Assembly (NCBI GenBank): GCA_012295275.1
Contig: CM022665.1
Span: forward strand, 18,290,001 to 18,354,000
Length of the DNA: 64,000 nucleotides
Reading direction: 5' to 3'
Source of the DNA: Chrysomallon squamiferum
Taxonomy: Eukaryota > Animalia > Mollusca
Part shown: piece by piece, positions 12,601 to 38,374 of the stretch
How the letters are laid out: each line of letters opens with the position of its first letter
Position numbering within the stretch: position 1 is the first letter of the stretch
Program-made: the position numbers and the translations under genes
Notes under the pieces: generated by a model
The model's database searches: none
Told to the model about the DNA's origin: nothing
Seen by the model: the letters and a program-made list of their open reading frames with translations, nothing else

Positions 12601-15064
12601 AAGCCTGTATAAGATTTTTCAGTGAAGTAAAATTTTCTATTTCACTTATAAATGAAGGAAACTGGAGTTAACCTGGCTTTATTTTCTTGCACAGTAGAAG
12701 TCGATAAATTTAATATGATCGAAGTCCAAGGGATATCCAGTTTACTTGAAAAAAGTAACAGCATGACTTTGTAAGTGAGAGAACATGGTGTTGTTTCTGG
12801 ATGACAGAAATAATTGTTACCAAGTAAAGTAAATTTTGATTATTACAAATACTCAATATATTAAATTAACCTGATGCTTGTATAAATTCAGGAATTAAAA
12901 TTAAAAAAATTCATTTCTTTATCAAAATAGATCTATTTTATTCTTACAGACTAACCTCATGTAAAAAGCCTGTCATCTCTTGATGTTATAATTTCAGAAA
13001 CACACAGTGTCATATGATGAAAATACAATTTTATTAATTTAAAGTATAGCTGAATTATACACTATAAAACAAAATCATAATAAAAATAAAATACAAATAA
13101 TTTTTAAAATATATAAAAGATTTTAGTCAATTTATCAAAATCAGTTTTTGGTACATTGATTTGTAAGAAGCAATTTTGAATTTACAATTTTCTGATAATG
13201 AACAAGAAAAGTACAATAAATAAAAATCTGTTTGCAAATGATACTTCCAAAAAAAAATTAAAAATCAGTTTTTTATATATTTACCAGAAATATTTCCATC
13301 TATACTATTTGAAATCACTAGATATTCAACTTGATATCCAAACATAAATACTGCAAATACCTTTAATATATCCAGATATACATGTATATAAAAAAATAAA
13401 CAATTAATGCAAAACAGCACATTTTGTGCATATAAAAACACCAACAAGCTAAGCTGATATTACAAGCAGGAAATGTAATATTTGGTATTAGAAAAAGAAT
13501 ATATATTTTAAAATCATCAAGGTACATTTATGAAGTATTTCTATATATATATCGTATCAAAATATAGAACAATGTACAGTATTACAATACAATTTTTATA
13601 TTTAAATATTTCTTGCAATTCACTGTCAAAAAAAATAAAATAAAATAAAATAAAAAATTACTATGATATCATCAGAATATATGCATATTATTTAATAAAC
13701 TCTAAAATTACTGAATTGTTCATAATAAAATTATTTCTTGCAATATTTATTTAACTGAATAGTTTACAACAAACAGATTTATAAAATTTTAATCAAAGCT
13801 TTTGCCAAATATCTTTACTTAGCATAAAGGAATGAAATTTTCTTCAGTTTTTAATTAATGTTAATAATATTATCTTTAGTGATTTTTACATTTGTTTTGT
13901 TATACAAATAGAGATGAAAATATAACAATAACAATAATAACATTAACAAACAATAAAAATAAAATAAAATGTGACCAAACAGCAATAAACAAAGCAAGTG
14001 AACAATATTTTTATTTTGCAGAACTTTGCTAATTAATGCCACTAGAAATAAACAATCTACTTTGAAATACAAAGTATATTTTAATTAATGATTTAAATGT
14101 AATTCCAGTATATAAAAAAATATTCATTGGCTGTTTACAGTATCAGGGCTTTTGTTACTTAAATCTTTCTTTGTTTTTAAAAATTCTACTCAGAACCTTA
14201 TTATGAGTTTTATTTTATTTTATTTTATTTTTATTTTTTTTATTTTTATTTTTATTTTTTGTCTGCTCGCTGATTCATTTGCTTTGATTTCATAGTTGTT
14301 GTCTATATTAACTGATTTTCTTTCTTGAACATAATAATTTTTTAAAGGAAATTAAAGGAACAATACTTTTAGCAAAACTGATTACAGAATCAATCCACTT
14401 GACTAAATTGATTGGGCTTTTTCCTGTCAAAGACTGTAATGCATATCTTTCTCTCTTTACGAAGAAGTTGTGTAAAGAATCCTTTTACTAATGGCAAAAT
14501 GCAGCAAATTTCCTCTTGAGAATAATAATATCAGAAATAATAAGCAATGCAGAAGCAACAGCAAAAATAACAGAAAACTCGAATAACAGTGAGTTCGAAA
14601 GATGTCAACATTTTAACAAAGCAAATGACCCACATGCAACAGTCAACTTTGTTTCTTTTTGGACATTGGTTTCATTTCTTCCAAAAATATTTTACAAAAA
14701 TATCCCATATATGGAAGACTTTCTTAAATTCCATTGATTCGCTCCATCCACATTTTTTATTATGAATGTTAATTCTATTTAAATATGGTCAGCAGACGAG
14801 AGAAAAAAAATAAAAATAAATAAAATAATGACTGGCAGCCATCATAATTTGACTATATCAAGACAGCAAGCAATAAAACACTATTAACACCTTGTAAAAT
14901 TTCACAATTTAAAAACATTATAATGACCAGCATAACTATTATTAATAATATATCTTAACTCAAAGCTTTTGAAAATAGTATCCTGATCGTCAGCAGAATG
15001 TTATATATGTGTGTGTGATTGAGTGTGTAGATATATATTTGATATTATATGAGTTTAATATATT

Positions 15065-15345
15065 TTATGTTCAGTACAAAAGCTTTTTGGTTTTCAATCT
15101 TTCAATAAAGGATGTATCAAACTTCAGTTTATGAGTTTAGTACAAAAGCTTAGACATTCATATATCAAACTTCAATTTATAATTTTAGTATAAAAGTTTG
15201 TACATTGATGTAACAAACATCAATTTATAAGTTCAGTATAATGTATACTGATGTACTAAAATCAAATTTATAAAGTTAGTATGAAAGCTTGGATAATGAT
15301 GTACCAAACTTCAATTTATAAGTTTAATATAAAAATAGTACATTA
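15065..15345. repeat. Minisatellite (~45-bp unit) downstream of the cortactin stop codon
   Basis: About 6 copies of tcaaacttcaatttataagtt(c/t)agta(c/t)aaaagctt...gatgta. Confidence 0.7.
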
Positions 15346-15489
15346 TTACTGATGCCAAACCAGTGAATCATATAAACTGTTTCCTTTGATATTTTACACA
15401 TCAAGCAAAATTGGAATATCAGTCAGAATGTAAAGAAGATAATACTTTACTTCAAAAAAAAAAAAATGTAAACATGTTTTATCGAAGAA

Positions 15490-27380
<11,891 letters not shown>

Positions 27381-28226
27381 GGTCTCTTCTGTCAGACCAC
27401 CTGATGATAAACGGAAGAATTAATTAACATTTGCCTAATGATAACCCATAACTTTTTCTAAAAAGCTTTTAATATAAGGTAAAAAGAAATAGTCTTCAGC
27501 AGTACCATGATTTATTATTAATATATATAAGCAGTAAGAATACTTTTATAAAATTTCAAAAAAACAAAACAAAACAAAAACAGAAATGTATTAATAAATG
27601 CTGTTTTTACATGAAAACTATTTAAAATAACTTCAAGTTCAGCATTAAAAACAAAAGGAATAAAAAATGTTTAAAACATTTGCATTCCTAATTAAATTAA
27701 AACAAACAAACAAAAAATAATTATTTTCGAAGTACAAAATTTGTTTTAAAATATGCACTGACCTAAAACTAAAAAAACCCCAAAATTAATCAATTTATAT
27801 CATTTATAAAACAGTTTGTCTAACAAATAATCTGAACTAGATGTGCTGTCATATATATATATATAACACTATTAATACCAGTTTTAAATACTATAATTTA
27901 TTTTGTATAATTAAATTTAGATTCTTAATTGTTAAATCTTGCTGATTAAAATATTATTAATATAAAACAGTCGTAATTGAAGAAAATCGTTTCATGATAT
28001 ATATTACAAAGGAACCTCTAACTACAATCAGATTTTCACGGTAAAAAAAGGAGGTGGGTGTTGATTTATTCATTAATTTTGTTGGATTTACGACACGGAT
28101 GTTGAATCGTGTCCATTAAGATCTCCAACCTAGTACAAGTTGTTGATCGGATAACTTCATTGGAAATATTTATCATCTACAAATATTTGTCACTGATCAT
28201 AAATATCATTAAATTTGCATTTTTAC

Positions 28227-28380
28227 CTCTGGGTACTTATTTCTGAATCACAAAATATAACCAAAGTATTTTCTGGAGTAAAGCTAAGTAGTACGTTCGT
28301 TGTATTCAGCAAAAGCAACTTTATCTTGCTTCCACTTCCTAGGCCTTTCTTGCTTCCGGGTGAATCACGTGACAGAATGC
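28227..28380 (-). promoter_or_regulatory. Probable non-coding first exon and core promoter of cortactin (copy 1)
   Basis: Donor AGAG|gtaaaa at 28227/28226 pairs with the acceptor at 27401 just upstream of the ATG exon. ETS-like CTTCCGGG at 28353-28360 and E-box TCACGTGAC at 28365-28373. Transcription start is inferred. Confidence 0.55.
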
Positions 28381-28629
28381 AGGAACATTATTTGTTTGCA
28401 TTCGGGGATTGGATAGAATTTTTAAATTATTTTTTAACTTTTCATCATGGTGTATGTAATTAACGTCGTCTGACTAATGCATAAATTGGATACAAAAACA
28501 ATTAAAAACAAAACAAAAATTTAAAAGTAAAAATGTACATGCACTGATTATTTGCTTTAAAAATGTTTATACAAATGTCAGTCGTGTGTGTGCGCTCGAG
28601 ACAGCAGAAGTACTTATTTTGAACTGATA

Positions 28630-28667
28630 AAAACAACAAACAAGGCACTAAAAATTAATGATTTATT
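28630..28667 (-). terminator. Probable polyadenylation signal of the duplicated EED 3' end
   Basis: AATAAA on minus strand (tttatt 28662-28667) followed by a GU-rich element ttgtttgttgttttt. Identical in unit 2. Other AATAAA candidates exist. Confidence 0.4.
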
Positions 28668-30385
28668 TATGTACAAATGAAGAAGTGGACAGTGTTGAAA
28701 ATATTTACATTAATATGAATAAATGCTAATTTAGCATCTAATTCAATAATTCAATGAAAACTTTCTTGAAAAGCATATATGATATTTATCATATAGGTAT
28801 TATATCGATTAGAATTTATAATGGAAACGTAACTAAAAATTACCAAGTCCCTCTTAATTCATTTAAAACACAAGTGTTCAGTTCAAATGAAATGACATTA
28901 AACAAAATAATTTTATTTTCTGTTTTGTTTTTCAATAAATAAATAAGCAAAATAAGTACTTTATAAATAAAATCGGATAATTTTGGTACATTTAGTTTGA
29001 ATTTTTTTTTTTTTTTTTTCCTTCATATTTTAACGAAATCATTCAAATAAAATCATAAATATAAACTGTAATTGATGTATTGGCAAATTCCTTTTTTCAG
29101 CATAGTTATTTATTTTTTTCAGAAGTTTAATGAGTATGGGATATGTGTTTTCCAAAAAGTACTTAGTTATTGAATATTAAAGCTTACTGCCTCATTTTAA
29201 ATAAATTTTTAAAAGTTATCATTTTTTGTTGTAACACAAGGGCAGTCATTCAGTTAGCAAAAAAAAAAAAATATAAAAATAATAATAAATTTCCTTACTG
29301 AAGTAAATTAATTTTCAAAATCTAAAATGATTAAAATGCTCATCAGTGAAAATGTAACATTTAACTCGTATACTATAACAAAAATTAATGGAAATAAGAG
29401 ATGGGATTATTTCAAAATAAGAAGTAACATGATCCAGAAGAAACCATTCAAAATAAGAAATAAAGTTCAACAGATGAAATCATTCAATTTGATAAGAAAT
29501 AAAAACTTCACCAAGATAAACAATAGCAACTAAGAGATTAATAATATGAAGACAAACAAATCTTGTTTACTCCAACAACACATTCACCACATTAGAGTAC
29601 ACAACAGAAATTTAATAAATTTAATAAAGTAGCAGCATGTGAGACACATTCAAGTTTTAAGACTTTTTGTTCAAGCTCTAAATAAATATATTCAAAATAA
29701 TACTGCTGGAAATGTTAAATGCTGCTCATTTTCAACTTATGCTAAACTTAATAACTGGTCCCAGAACAAATAATGGATATTTAACCCTTCAGGTATCGGG
29801 CTGGATCTGACACACCCAAGCACATTTTTCATTAAATTTCTTTATTGAAAGAATTGTGTGATGTTTGTTTTCTGTGCATTAATAATAATGAATATTATAT
29901 CATAGCTCTTATTTTTATTTTCAAACAATAAAAATTAAAATTAAATACAAAATGGCAAGACCCAGTGTAATTATTCCTGTATGAAAAATATTGCAAGCTC
30001 TTATGGCTTAAATGCTTTTAACAATTGTTTTATAAACATATATATATATATATATATATATATACGCATACATACATACATATGTTCACTTTTAACAGCC
30101 AATTTTGTCTTTCACACATTCACTTTAAAAACTAAATTGTAATCAAAGAAGAAATATATACATTTTTAAAAAACTTCATTAACAACTCCAGTTGATCCAT
30201 ACCAGATTGTATAAAACCGAAATTTTCTTTCCTTTAATTTTCAGAATTGTGTTCTTAATAATTTTCTCTTGTCTTTGTCCATTTCATTTTGTCTTCAGAA
30301 AAAGACACTTCTTTCTGTAAGCAGCTCAACTTATTTCTTCACATATGTAAAGGAATCAAAATGGTTCCTCTGTCTGTTGATTCTT

Positions 30386-30866
30386 TCATTTGACTCTATC
30401 CCATCTCCAGATAGTTGAGTCATCACACACTGCTAACAGAATGTTCCCATCTTTAGAAAGAGCTGTCTGTCTAATTGGAGTTGTACATTTTACATGAGAC
30501 AGCTTTGTGAACCTACAAGAAGAATATTTACTGTAATAACAATCGTCACTCTAAATATTGTTTTAGTAATTATCTTATACTTTTTAATTTTGTTGTTATA
30601 TGATGCTCTTGCTGTCAAATAAAATATTTTTTAAAAAGTCCAAAATGGCACCTATCATGCTTTGCCAGTGTGTAAAACTGTCATACTTTATGATTAGCAA
30701 AGGTTGGTATCTACAAGAAATTAAAACATTCTCATTTTTTTTCTGCAACAAAAGAGATGTTTTAAATGTACAAAAATTTTTATTTTTTTATTACCAGTTT
30801 GATCCTAATAAATTTGATAAAAACCTATTTTTAAATTTTATTGTTGTATATTATTATAAGAAAGGG

Positions 30867-30897
<31 letters not shown>

Positions 30898-32668
30898 CAT
30901 GCTTTCACATGGTATTTAATTCTGTCATACCTTATAATTAGCAAACATTGGTATCATCAATTAATTAAAACATCTAATAATTATAATACAGTATTTTTTG
31001 GTACTTTTTATATAAAAATTACTAACCTGGACTGTGTAGGATCATCAACATCTAAATCCCAAACAAAAATTCTTCCAACCTGGTTTCCAAGAGCCATTAT
31101 CTATGAAAATAATAATTATAATGTGAATAAGATAATACAGTTTTTCTTTAAACCTGCATCAGTCAGTTTATGTGTTCCTCATAAATGGAAATATATTGTC
31201 ATATAAAATAAAAAATAAAAATAAAAATAAAAATAAAAATAAAAATAAAAATAAAAATAAAAATAAAAATAAAAATGAAAATAAATAAACCTGCAAGACT
31301 GTTGCAGTAGAATTTTTTTTTTTAGTAATGTGAGCAGATATTTATTTCTATAATATGAATGTGTGGTTGTGCGTGTTAATATTATATTCATGTAATCATC
31401 TCAAACCTTCCCCTTGCACATGAACTCAACACACCTTCTGAGCAAAGTCTAGACAAAACCTCATGTACCAGATCTCACACTCCCTGTAGTCAAATCTGTG
31501 TAGTATTGTAACTGTTGTGTCTGTTGGCGATTTCTCATCCTGATCCATTGTTCCTGGCTTCCAGCAAACTATACAGTTCTCACATGACTGCAACATTGAA
31601 AGTAGTCTTGTCAATACCAGAATATCAGTCTGTACATACCAGTTTTTAACAGGACTGTAAATCATTTATTTAACATTAAGGTGTAATTCAAATTAGATTA
31701 CATCATTTAAAAAACATAAAATACAGAAGAAAATATTTAATTTTTCTTTAAATAGTTTCAAATTAATTTATTTGTTTTTATTTTGTCATTAATTGTTTGT
31801 TTTGGTTTTTTTTTTTTAATTGTTATTATTATTTTTTAATAAAAAATTAAAAGTTAAAAATGGTATTATCTAACATTTCTCATGATCTGAAACAAAATAA
31901 AATATTTTCCTATTCACCTTGGACAGCACAAATTTCCCAAGCCATCGTACACAGTCTACATAATTTCTGTGTATATCTCTTGTGGAAAAATCTGGAAAGT
32001 GGTTTGATACTGTTGGAAATGGACTGAAAATAATAACAATAACAATAACAATAACAATAACAATAATAATAATAATAATAATGATAATAATAATTATTAT
32101 AATAATAGTTAAAGTAATAGTAATGATGGTTATAATGATATACACACACAGACACACACACATCTATATCTATACATGCATACATACATACATACATACT
32201 AACAGATATGGATAGACAGATAAATATAAATCTACATCTGTCTAACCACACATACACACACACACACACAGACACACCTACACACACCTATCAGTATATA
32301 TATTTGTAAATCTGTATGTATATCTGTGCACCTCTAAATAATATAAAATTAACACAACTTGCTCCTATTCAGAGGAGATGGTTTCTGGGAGCATAAAAAT
32401 AAAACAATTTAAAACAAAAATACAAGTTACTCATTATTTTTGGCTGGATTGTAGGTGTATGAATCAACAACAGCTTTCTTTAAAACATGTCTGTGTTAAT
32501 TTTCCACACTTTTAGTGAATGATCCATGCCACATGATACAATCTTGGAACCATCAATGTTAAAATCCTGGAGGCAAAATACACTTTATTATTATTAAGAA
32601 TCACTTATTCAGACAAAGTGTGAGAGAGAGTGAGAGTGAGAGTGAGAGAGAGTGAGAAAGAGAGAGAG

Positions 32669-32748
<80 letters not shown>

Positions 32749-33182
32749 ATACTATAAGGGAGAGAATGAGATACTGGTAACAAAGAGATAGAGAAAAAGT
32801 ATAAAGTAAGAGTGATAGATACATACAAATAGAAAAAGCAACAACAATTATATATAATAAAAGAAAAAGATTATTATTACAGAAGTTAATATTTAGACAT
32901 ATATATGCTAACAGTAATTAACAGAAACAAACTAAATGGATGAATGGATGAACTGAAATACACTTTTTAAAATGTAAATGAAAATGCAGTAACAAACTAA
33001 TTCACTTCTACAAAACAATATTTTAACCAATTTACATTAAAAAAATCATGAAATAAGTCAATATTAAATAGTTAATTTTCAGAGACATACAGCACTAAGA
33101 ACTTCATCTCTGTGACCATCAACCCCACCCAGAATCATAACACAAACATCCGTTTTCACATTCCAAATACGCAATGTGTGAT
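30386..33182 (-). pseudogene. EED: Duplicated 3' half of EED (exons 7-12) lacking exons 1-6; exon 8 frameshifted
   Basis: Exons 33182-33091, 32566-32431, 32023-31918, 31587-31435, 31100-31027, 30512-30386. Exon 8 is 136 nt versus 134 nt in the intact copy (cttta at 32478-82 replaces acg), giving ATG TTT TAA. Confidence 0.88.
32620..32745. repeat. (AG)n microsatellite in EED intron 7 (duplicate copy)
   Basis: Direct reading; length differs from the 42338-42479 copy. Confidence 0.9.
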
Positions 33183-33565
33183 CTGAAATCAAAAACAATG
33201 GAATAACATCTGTTTAATGACAATGAATTTTTGTATCTGTCATTTTGTGTCAAATGTATCTTTTATACTTTTTCCTTTCTGCAATTTAAAATTTATATAA
33301 CTTATGCATGTTAGAAATGATCTGTGATAAATATAAGAGAAAAGAAAAATATATTTATTGCTGAGATTCTTAAGTTTCAACTTTATGGCATAACTGAAAA
33401 GTTAGCTACAAAATGTATTTTAGGAACTTCTGAACTGTATTCATAATAACAGTGGTCATGTTGAAAATTGAAAATTAAGAAGCTAAACAATAATATTAAT
33501 AACAATAATAGTAACAGTATAATAATAATAATAATAATAATAAATCAGTAAATGAGATTACTAAC

Positions 33566-36500
33566 TTTATCTTTCCTGTCTGACTGTACTCCATATTTTC
33601 CTCCAAAACCTTTGGCAGCATCAGTCTGACTGGCATGTTTTGATAACTCCTCTTGATAGTCATGACCCACAGCAGACTACAGAATATAATTATTTTAAAT
33701 TATTCATTAAAAATCATTTAAAAAAATAATTATTAAAAATAATTTTAAAACATATTTATTATTAAAATAATTTTTAAAAATAATTGTTATTAAAAATAAT
33801 TTAAAAGTACAATTATCAGTAAAAATAATGCTAAATATAACTCATTTAAAAATAATTAGTAAATTTTAATTAATAATTAATTAATAATTAATAAATTTCA
33901 GTTAATAAACACTTTTAACACTAACAACATTTTTACTTCAAGAATCAGATAATCTTTGATAACTGTGTACACAATAAAAAATAATAATAATAAAATTAAA
34001 AAAATTAAATTTATCAAGCTGTCAATCAAACAGCAGTCATCTTAGTGCACTTACCGTATATACTTGTGTATAAGTCGAATTTTTGGGAGACTATATTAAG
34101 GTAATATTTTGGGGTTGACTTATACATAGGTAATGCTTTTGTAGCTGTTGCTGAAGTCGCCATTTTGACTATTTTTTGCTACAGGATGCATCTAAAATAA
34201 TCGCAGTCTTTCAGCTTTTCAAAAATATAATTTTATCGTATAAAAAAAAAATTTGAAAAATTAAATAACAAAACCAAATATGAATGTAAAACATGATATT
34301 CTTCCATTTAATGACATAAAAATACATTTTAAAGCGAGAAAACCGTCAGTACGGCATTATGCCTTACGGCGTCTTGCAGTGATCTAGGAATGCAGACTTC
34401 TCTGCCAAATTGCACTAAATATCGGTCCTAATTTCATAAACAAAACTCACTTGTGTAATTGTAAAGAATTTGGTGAAATAATATTGCAATCGTCATTAAT
34501 ATCCACTACCGACAAATCGAAAACAAACTAAATTTCTATAAACATTCTGCAACAAAAATCAGTTCAACTTCTCGCCATATTTGTTATTCTAGTTGGTTGC
34601 CAAGTGCGCAAAGCCTCGGCCAATTAGTGCGCTCGGAATAGGATCGGGGGCGTGTCTTGTAGCAGAGTTTCGATAGAAAAAAATATTGCTGAGGTTCCAA
34701 AATTATCTTACTTTGAATTGCACATGCAAGTTACAGCTCGTGCAAGTTATGTTACAGTAGGCGTACAATGTAGGCCTTCATGGCACTGTCACACTGGTCT
34801 AAAAATAGTGACGGTGCCTGGAATCTACAGTCGACTTATACACAAGTAATACCTAAAATGAAGCAATTATTGGTCTTAAAATACACATCGACTTATACAT
34901 AAGGTCGCCTTGTACACAAGTATATACGGTAATAAGAAAATCTGAAATTGCATGTGAATGTAACACTTTAGATAAAATAAGATGATACAATTATTAATTC
35001 TGATAATCTCTAAAATAACTATGTAATAATTTGTACAAAGATGCCTTGTAATGTTTTATGTTAATAGACAAGAAGGATCAAGCTTACAACATGTAAATAT
35101 TTTAAATAATATATGATTATAAAAATGATAATTTCTAAAAACAGAAACATAATTATTTGAAGAAAGATACCTCATAATATTTAATATTAATAGTTATGAA
35201 GGATCAAGCTTACAACATACGCAAATACAATATTTAAGATAAAATAAAATTATAAAAAGATTAAATGCGATTAGATAATTTCTAAAACAGCAACATAAAT
35301 ATTTGTAAAATTTTACATTAATCATTATACTGGATCAAGATTACCACAGACAGCAATTAAAAAAAGTAACTTCTGAGTCATCACTAATATTTCATTGAAA
35401 TGCATCACCCATATAGAACTTGTGTGTGTGTGTGTGGGGTGTGTGCAAAATTTGATTATGTGGCTACAGAGAGTTGGCTGGTATGGGAAAACAGAGCACT
35501 AACCTTATCCATTCTATCTTTTTGGACTCCATACTTGCCACCATAGCCATACGAAGCTTTTGGGCCCTCTTCAAATTCTTTTTGTTTCACTGTTTTATCG
35601 TCTTGTTCTACTTCCTTCCTCAGCGACTTCAAACTGAAGTAAGAAAGAAAATTCCATTTAAAAATAAGCCATGTGAAATCTGTGAGTAACAAATTTTTCT
35701 TTTTTCTTTTTCTGTTTAAGCCTGTCCCACAAAAGAAAGACATGGAAATCAGCAATAAATAATTTTTAATTTTGTGAATAACAGTAGATACACTATCTGT
35801 GATGATAATGGAAGAAAGCTGAATAGGTGAAATAAATATAATTATAATAAAAGATTAAATAAAATTCCCAGTATCAACTATCAGTGATATATTATTTTAT
35901 ACTTTGATATACTAAAAATATACACACATACACACACAGATAGGCAGACAGATAGATATAAGATATAGATACATACATATATACACACACACATAGGGAG
36001 ATAGAGAGTTAGTGATATTAAACAAGTTTTAATAATCAATTTAAACAAATACTTTGGTATATTTATAAAAAAATGTATTAAAAATATGGATGATCTTATA
36101 AACACTATATCTAGTTATTTACAACCATCGTGCTCTTAAAAAACAGCAAACAAAAACACACACTTAACCACAAAAAGTGTATTAACCAAAATACTAATTT
36201 TTCAGCTAGAACAACACAAAATATCTGACTACATAAAAAAGAAAAATATATATATTTTTTTTTAATCAATTCTGAAACAACAATCTTCATATATTAACTG
36301 GAAGGTATATAATGGCTGCCCAGATTTGCATCCCTCTAATTATTATTTTATTCATATTCATATTATTATTTAAAGTCTTATTATTATTTCATGAAAGAGA
36401 ATGTTGATGAAAACTCACTCTAAAGAAGCTTGATGTCCGGAACCTTCTACAGTCTTTGCACCCCATCTTTGTTCTTGTTCACTGACGTCATTCTGAAAAC

Positions 36501-37073
36501 ATTCAAATACATTTTAATATTTATTATCCATTTTATACACACACACACATGTCTGTGTATATGTGGTGTCTGCAAGTGTGTTTACTTGTGGGTGGATGCA
36601 TGCATTCATGAATGTGTTGCCCTAGCTTTAATCAGAAATGTTAGGACACCAAAGCAAGCTGGACTGCCTTTGTGGCAACTTAAATTTTGTCAAGTTTTCA
36701 CTTCACTGAGGTTTTCACAGATCATAGCTATGTTATGGTGAGCAACCAATCAAATCAACATTTTTCTGAATTACATGTATTTATAGTTTTTATTCGACAA
36801 GGTCAGTGAATCAGTGGCATTTATAGTAAATGCTTGGAGGCAAACCAGGTAGGGCAACCACAGTGTTTTAGTTTTACTGCATGATTTTTTGTAAATGAAC
36901 CATTATGTAAATACTTGTGTAAGTGAAACATTAAGTAAAATACTGGCATAAATAACAATAAATTTCAGTTTAATTAAAGTACTAACTACAAAATCAGGAT
37001 CTGTTTCCCAATCATCATCTTCAGTTGAAATTGGCTTCACGTTTATATTTGTTCCAGCTGCAGCCTTCCACAT
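33566..37073 (-). pseudogene. CTTN: Duplicated 5' part of cortactin (first four coding exons, 134 aa: NTA plus ~1.5 repeats); forms the 5' half of a CTTN-EED chimeric unit
   Basis: Exons 37073-36987, 36492-36419, 35633-35504, 33676-33566 have intact frame and splice sites and match unit 1. Downstream cortactin exons are replaced by EED intron 6/exon 7 at the 33273 junction. Confidence 0.88.
34054..34929. mobile_element. Tc2/pogo-like non-autonomous DNA transposon (876 bp), copied with the segmental duplication
   Basis: Same TIRs, TA flanks and flanking sequence as 24365-25236. Confidence 0.9.
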
Positions 37074-37933
37074 GGTCTCTTCTGTCAGACCACCTGATGA
37101 TAAACGGAAGAATTAATTAACATTTGCCTAATGATAACCCATAACTTTTTTTTCTAAAAAGCTTTTAATATAAGGTAAAAAGAAATAGTCTTCAGCAGTA
37201 CCATGATTTATTATTAATATATATAAGCAGTAAGAATACTTTTATAAAATTTCAAAAAAAAAAAAAAAAAAAAAAAAAACAGAAATGTATTAATAAATGC
37301 TGTTTTTACATGAAAACTATTTAAAATAACTTCAAGTTCAGCATTAAAAACAAAAGGAATAAAAAATGTTTAAAACATTTGCATTCCTAATTAAATTAAA
37401 ACAAACAAACAAAAAATAATTATTTTCGAAGTACAAAATTTGTTTTAAAATATGCACTGACCTAAAACTAAAAAACCCCCAAAATTAATCAATTTATATC
37501 ATTTATAAAACAGTTTGTCTAACAAATAATCTGAACTAGATGTGCTGTCATATATATATATATATATATATAACACTATTAATACCAGTTTTAAATACTA
37601 TAATTTATTTTGTATAATTAAATTTAGATTCTTAATTGTTAAATCTTGCTGATTAAAATATTATTAATATAAAACAGTCGTAATTGAAGAAAATCGTTTC
37701 ATGATATATATTACAAAGGAACCTCTAACTACAATCAGATTTTCACGGTAAAAAAAGGAGGTGGGTGTTGATTTATTCATTAATTTTGTTGGATTTACGA
37801 CACGGATGTTGAATCGTGTCCATTAAGATCTCCAACCTAGTACAAGTTGTTGATCGGATAACTTCATTGGAAATATTTATCATCTACAAATATTTGTCAC
37901 TGATCATAAATATCATTAAATTTGCATTTTTAC

Positions 37934-38090
37934 CTCTGGGTACTTATTTCTGAATCACAAAATATAACCAAAGTATTTTCTGGAGTAAAGCTAAGTAGTA
38001 CGTTCGTTGTATTCAGCAAAAGCAACTTTATCTTGCTTCCACTTCCTAGGCCTTTCTTGCTTCCGGGTGAATCACGTGACAGAATGCAGG
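37934..38090 (-). promoter_or_regulatory. Duplicated cortactin first exon and promoter (copy 2)
   Basis: Same donor (37934/37933), CTTCCGGG at 38060-38067 and TCACGTGAC at 38072-38080 as copy 1. Confidence 0.55.
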
Positions 38091-38335
38091 AACATTATTT
38101 GTTTGCATTCGGGGATTGGATAGAATTTTTAAATTATTTTTTAACTTTTCATCATGGTGTATGTAATTAACGTCGTCTGACTAATGCATAAATTGGATAC
38201 AAAAACAATTAAAAACAAAACAAAAATTTAAAAGTAAAAATGTACATGCACTGATTATTTGCTTTAAAAATGTTTATACAAATGTCAGTCGTGTGTGTGC
38301 GCTCGAGACAGCAGAAGTACTTATTTTGAACTGAT

Positions 38336-38374
38336 AAAAACAACAAACAAGGCACTAAAAATTAATGATTTATT
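38336..38374 (-). terminator. Probable polyadenylation signal of intact EED
   Basis: AATAAA on minus strand (38369-38374) plus a downstream GU-rich tract, about 1.7 kb after the stop codon. Confidence 0.4.

Noticed and set aside
31870-32828. Poly-Ile/Val, poly-Tyr/Cys and poly-(Ser-Leu) ORFs, and their copies at 41581-42562
   Set aside because: Translations of (AAT/AAC)n and (AG)n microsatellites; only the embedded EED exon 9 is real.
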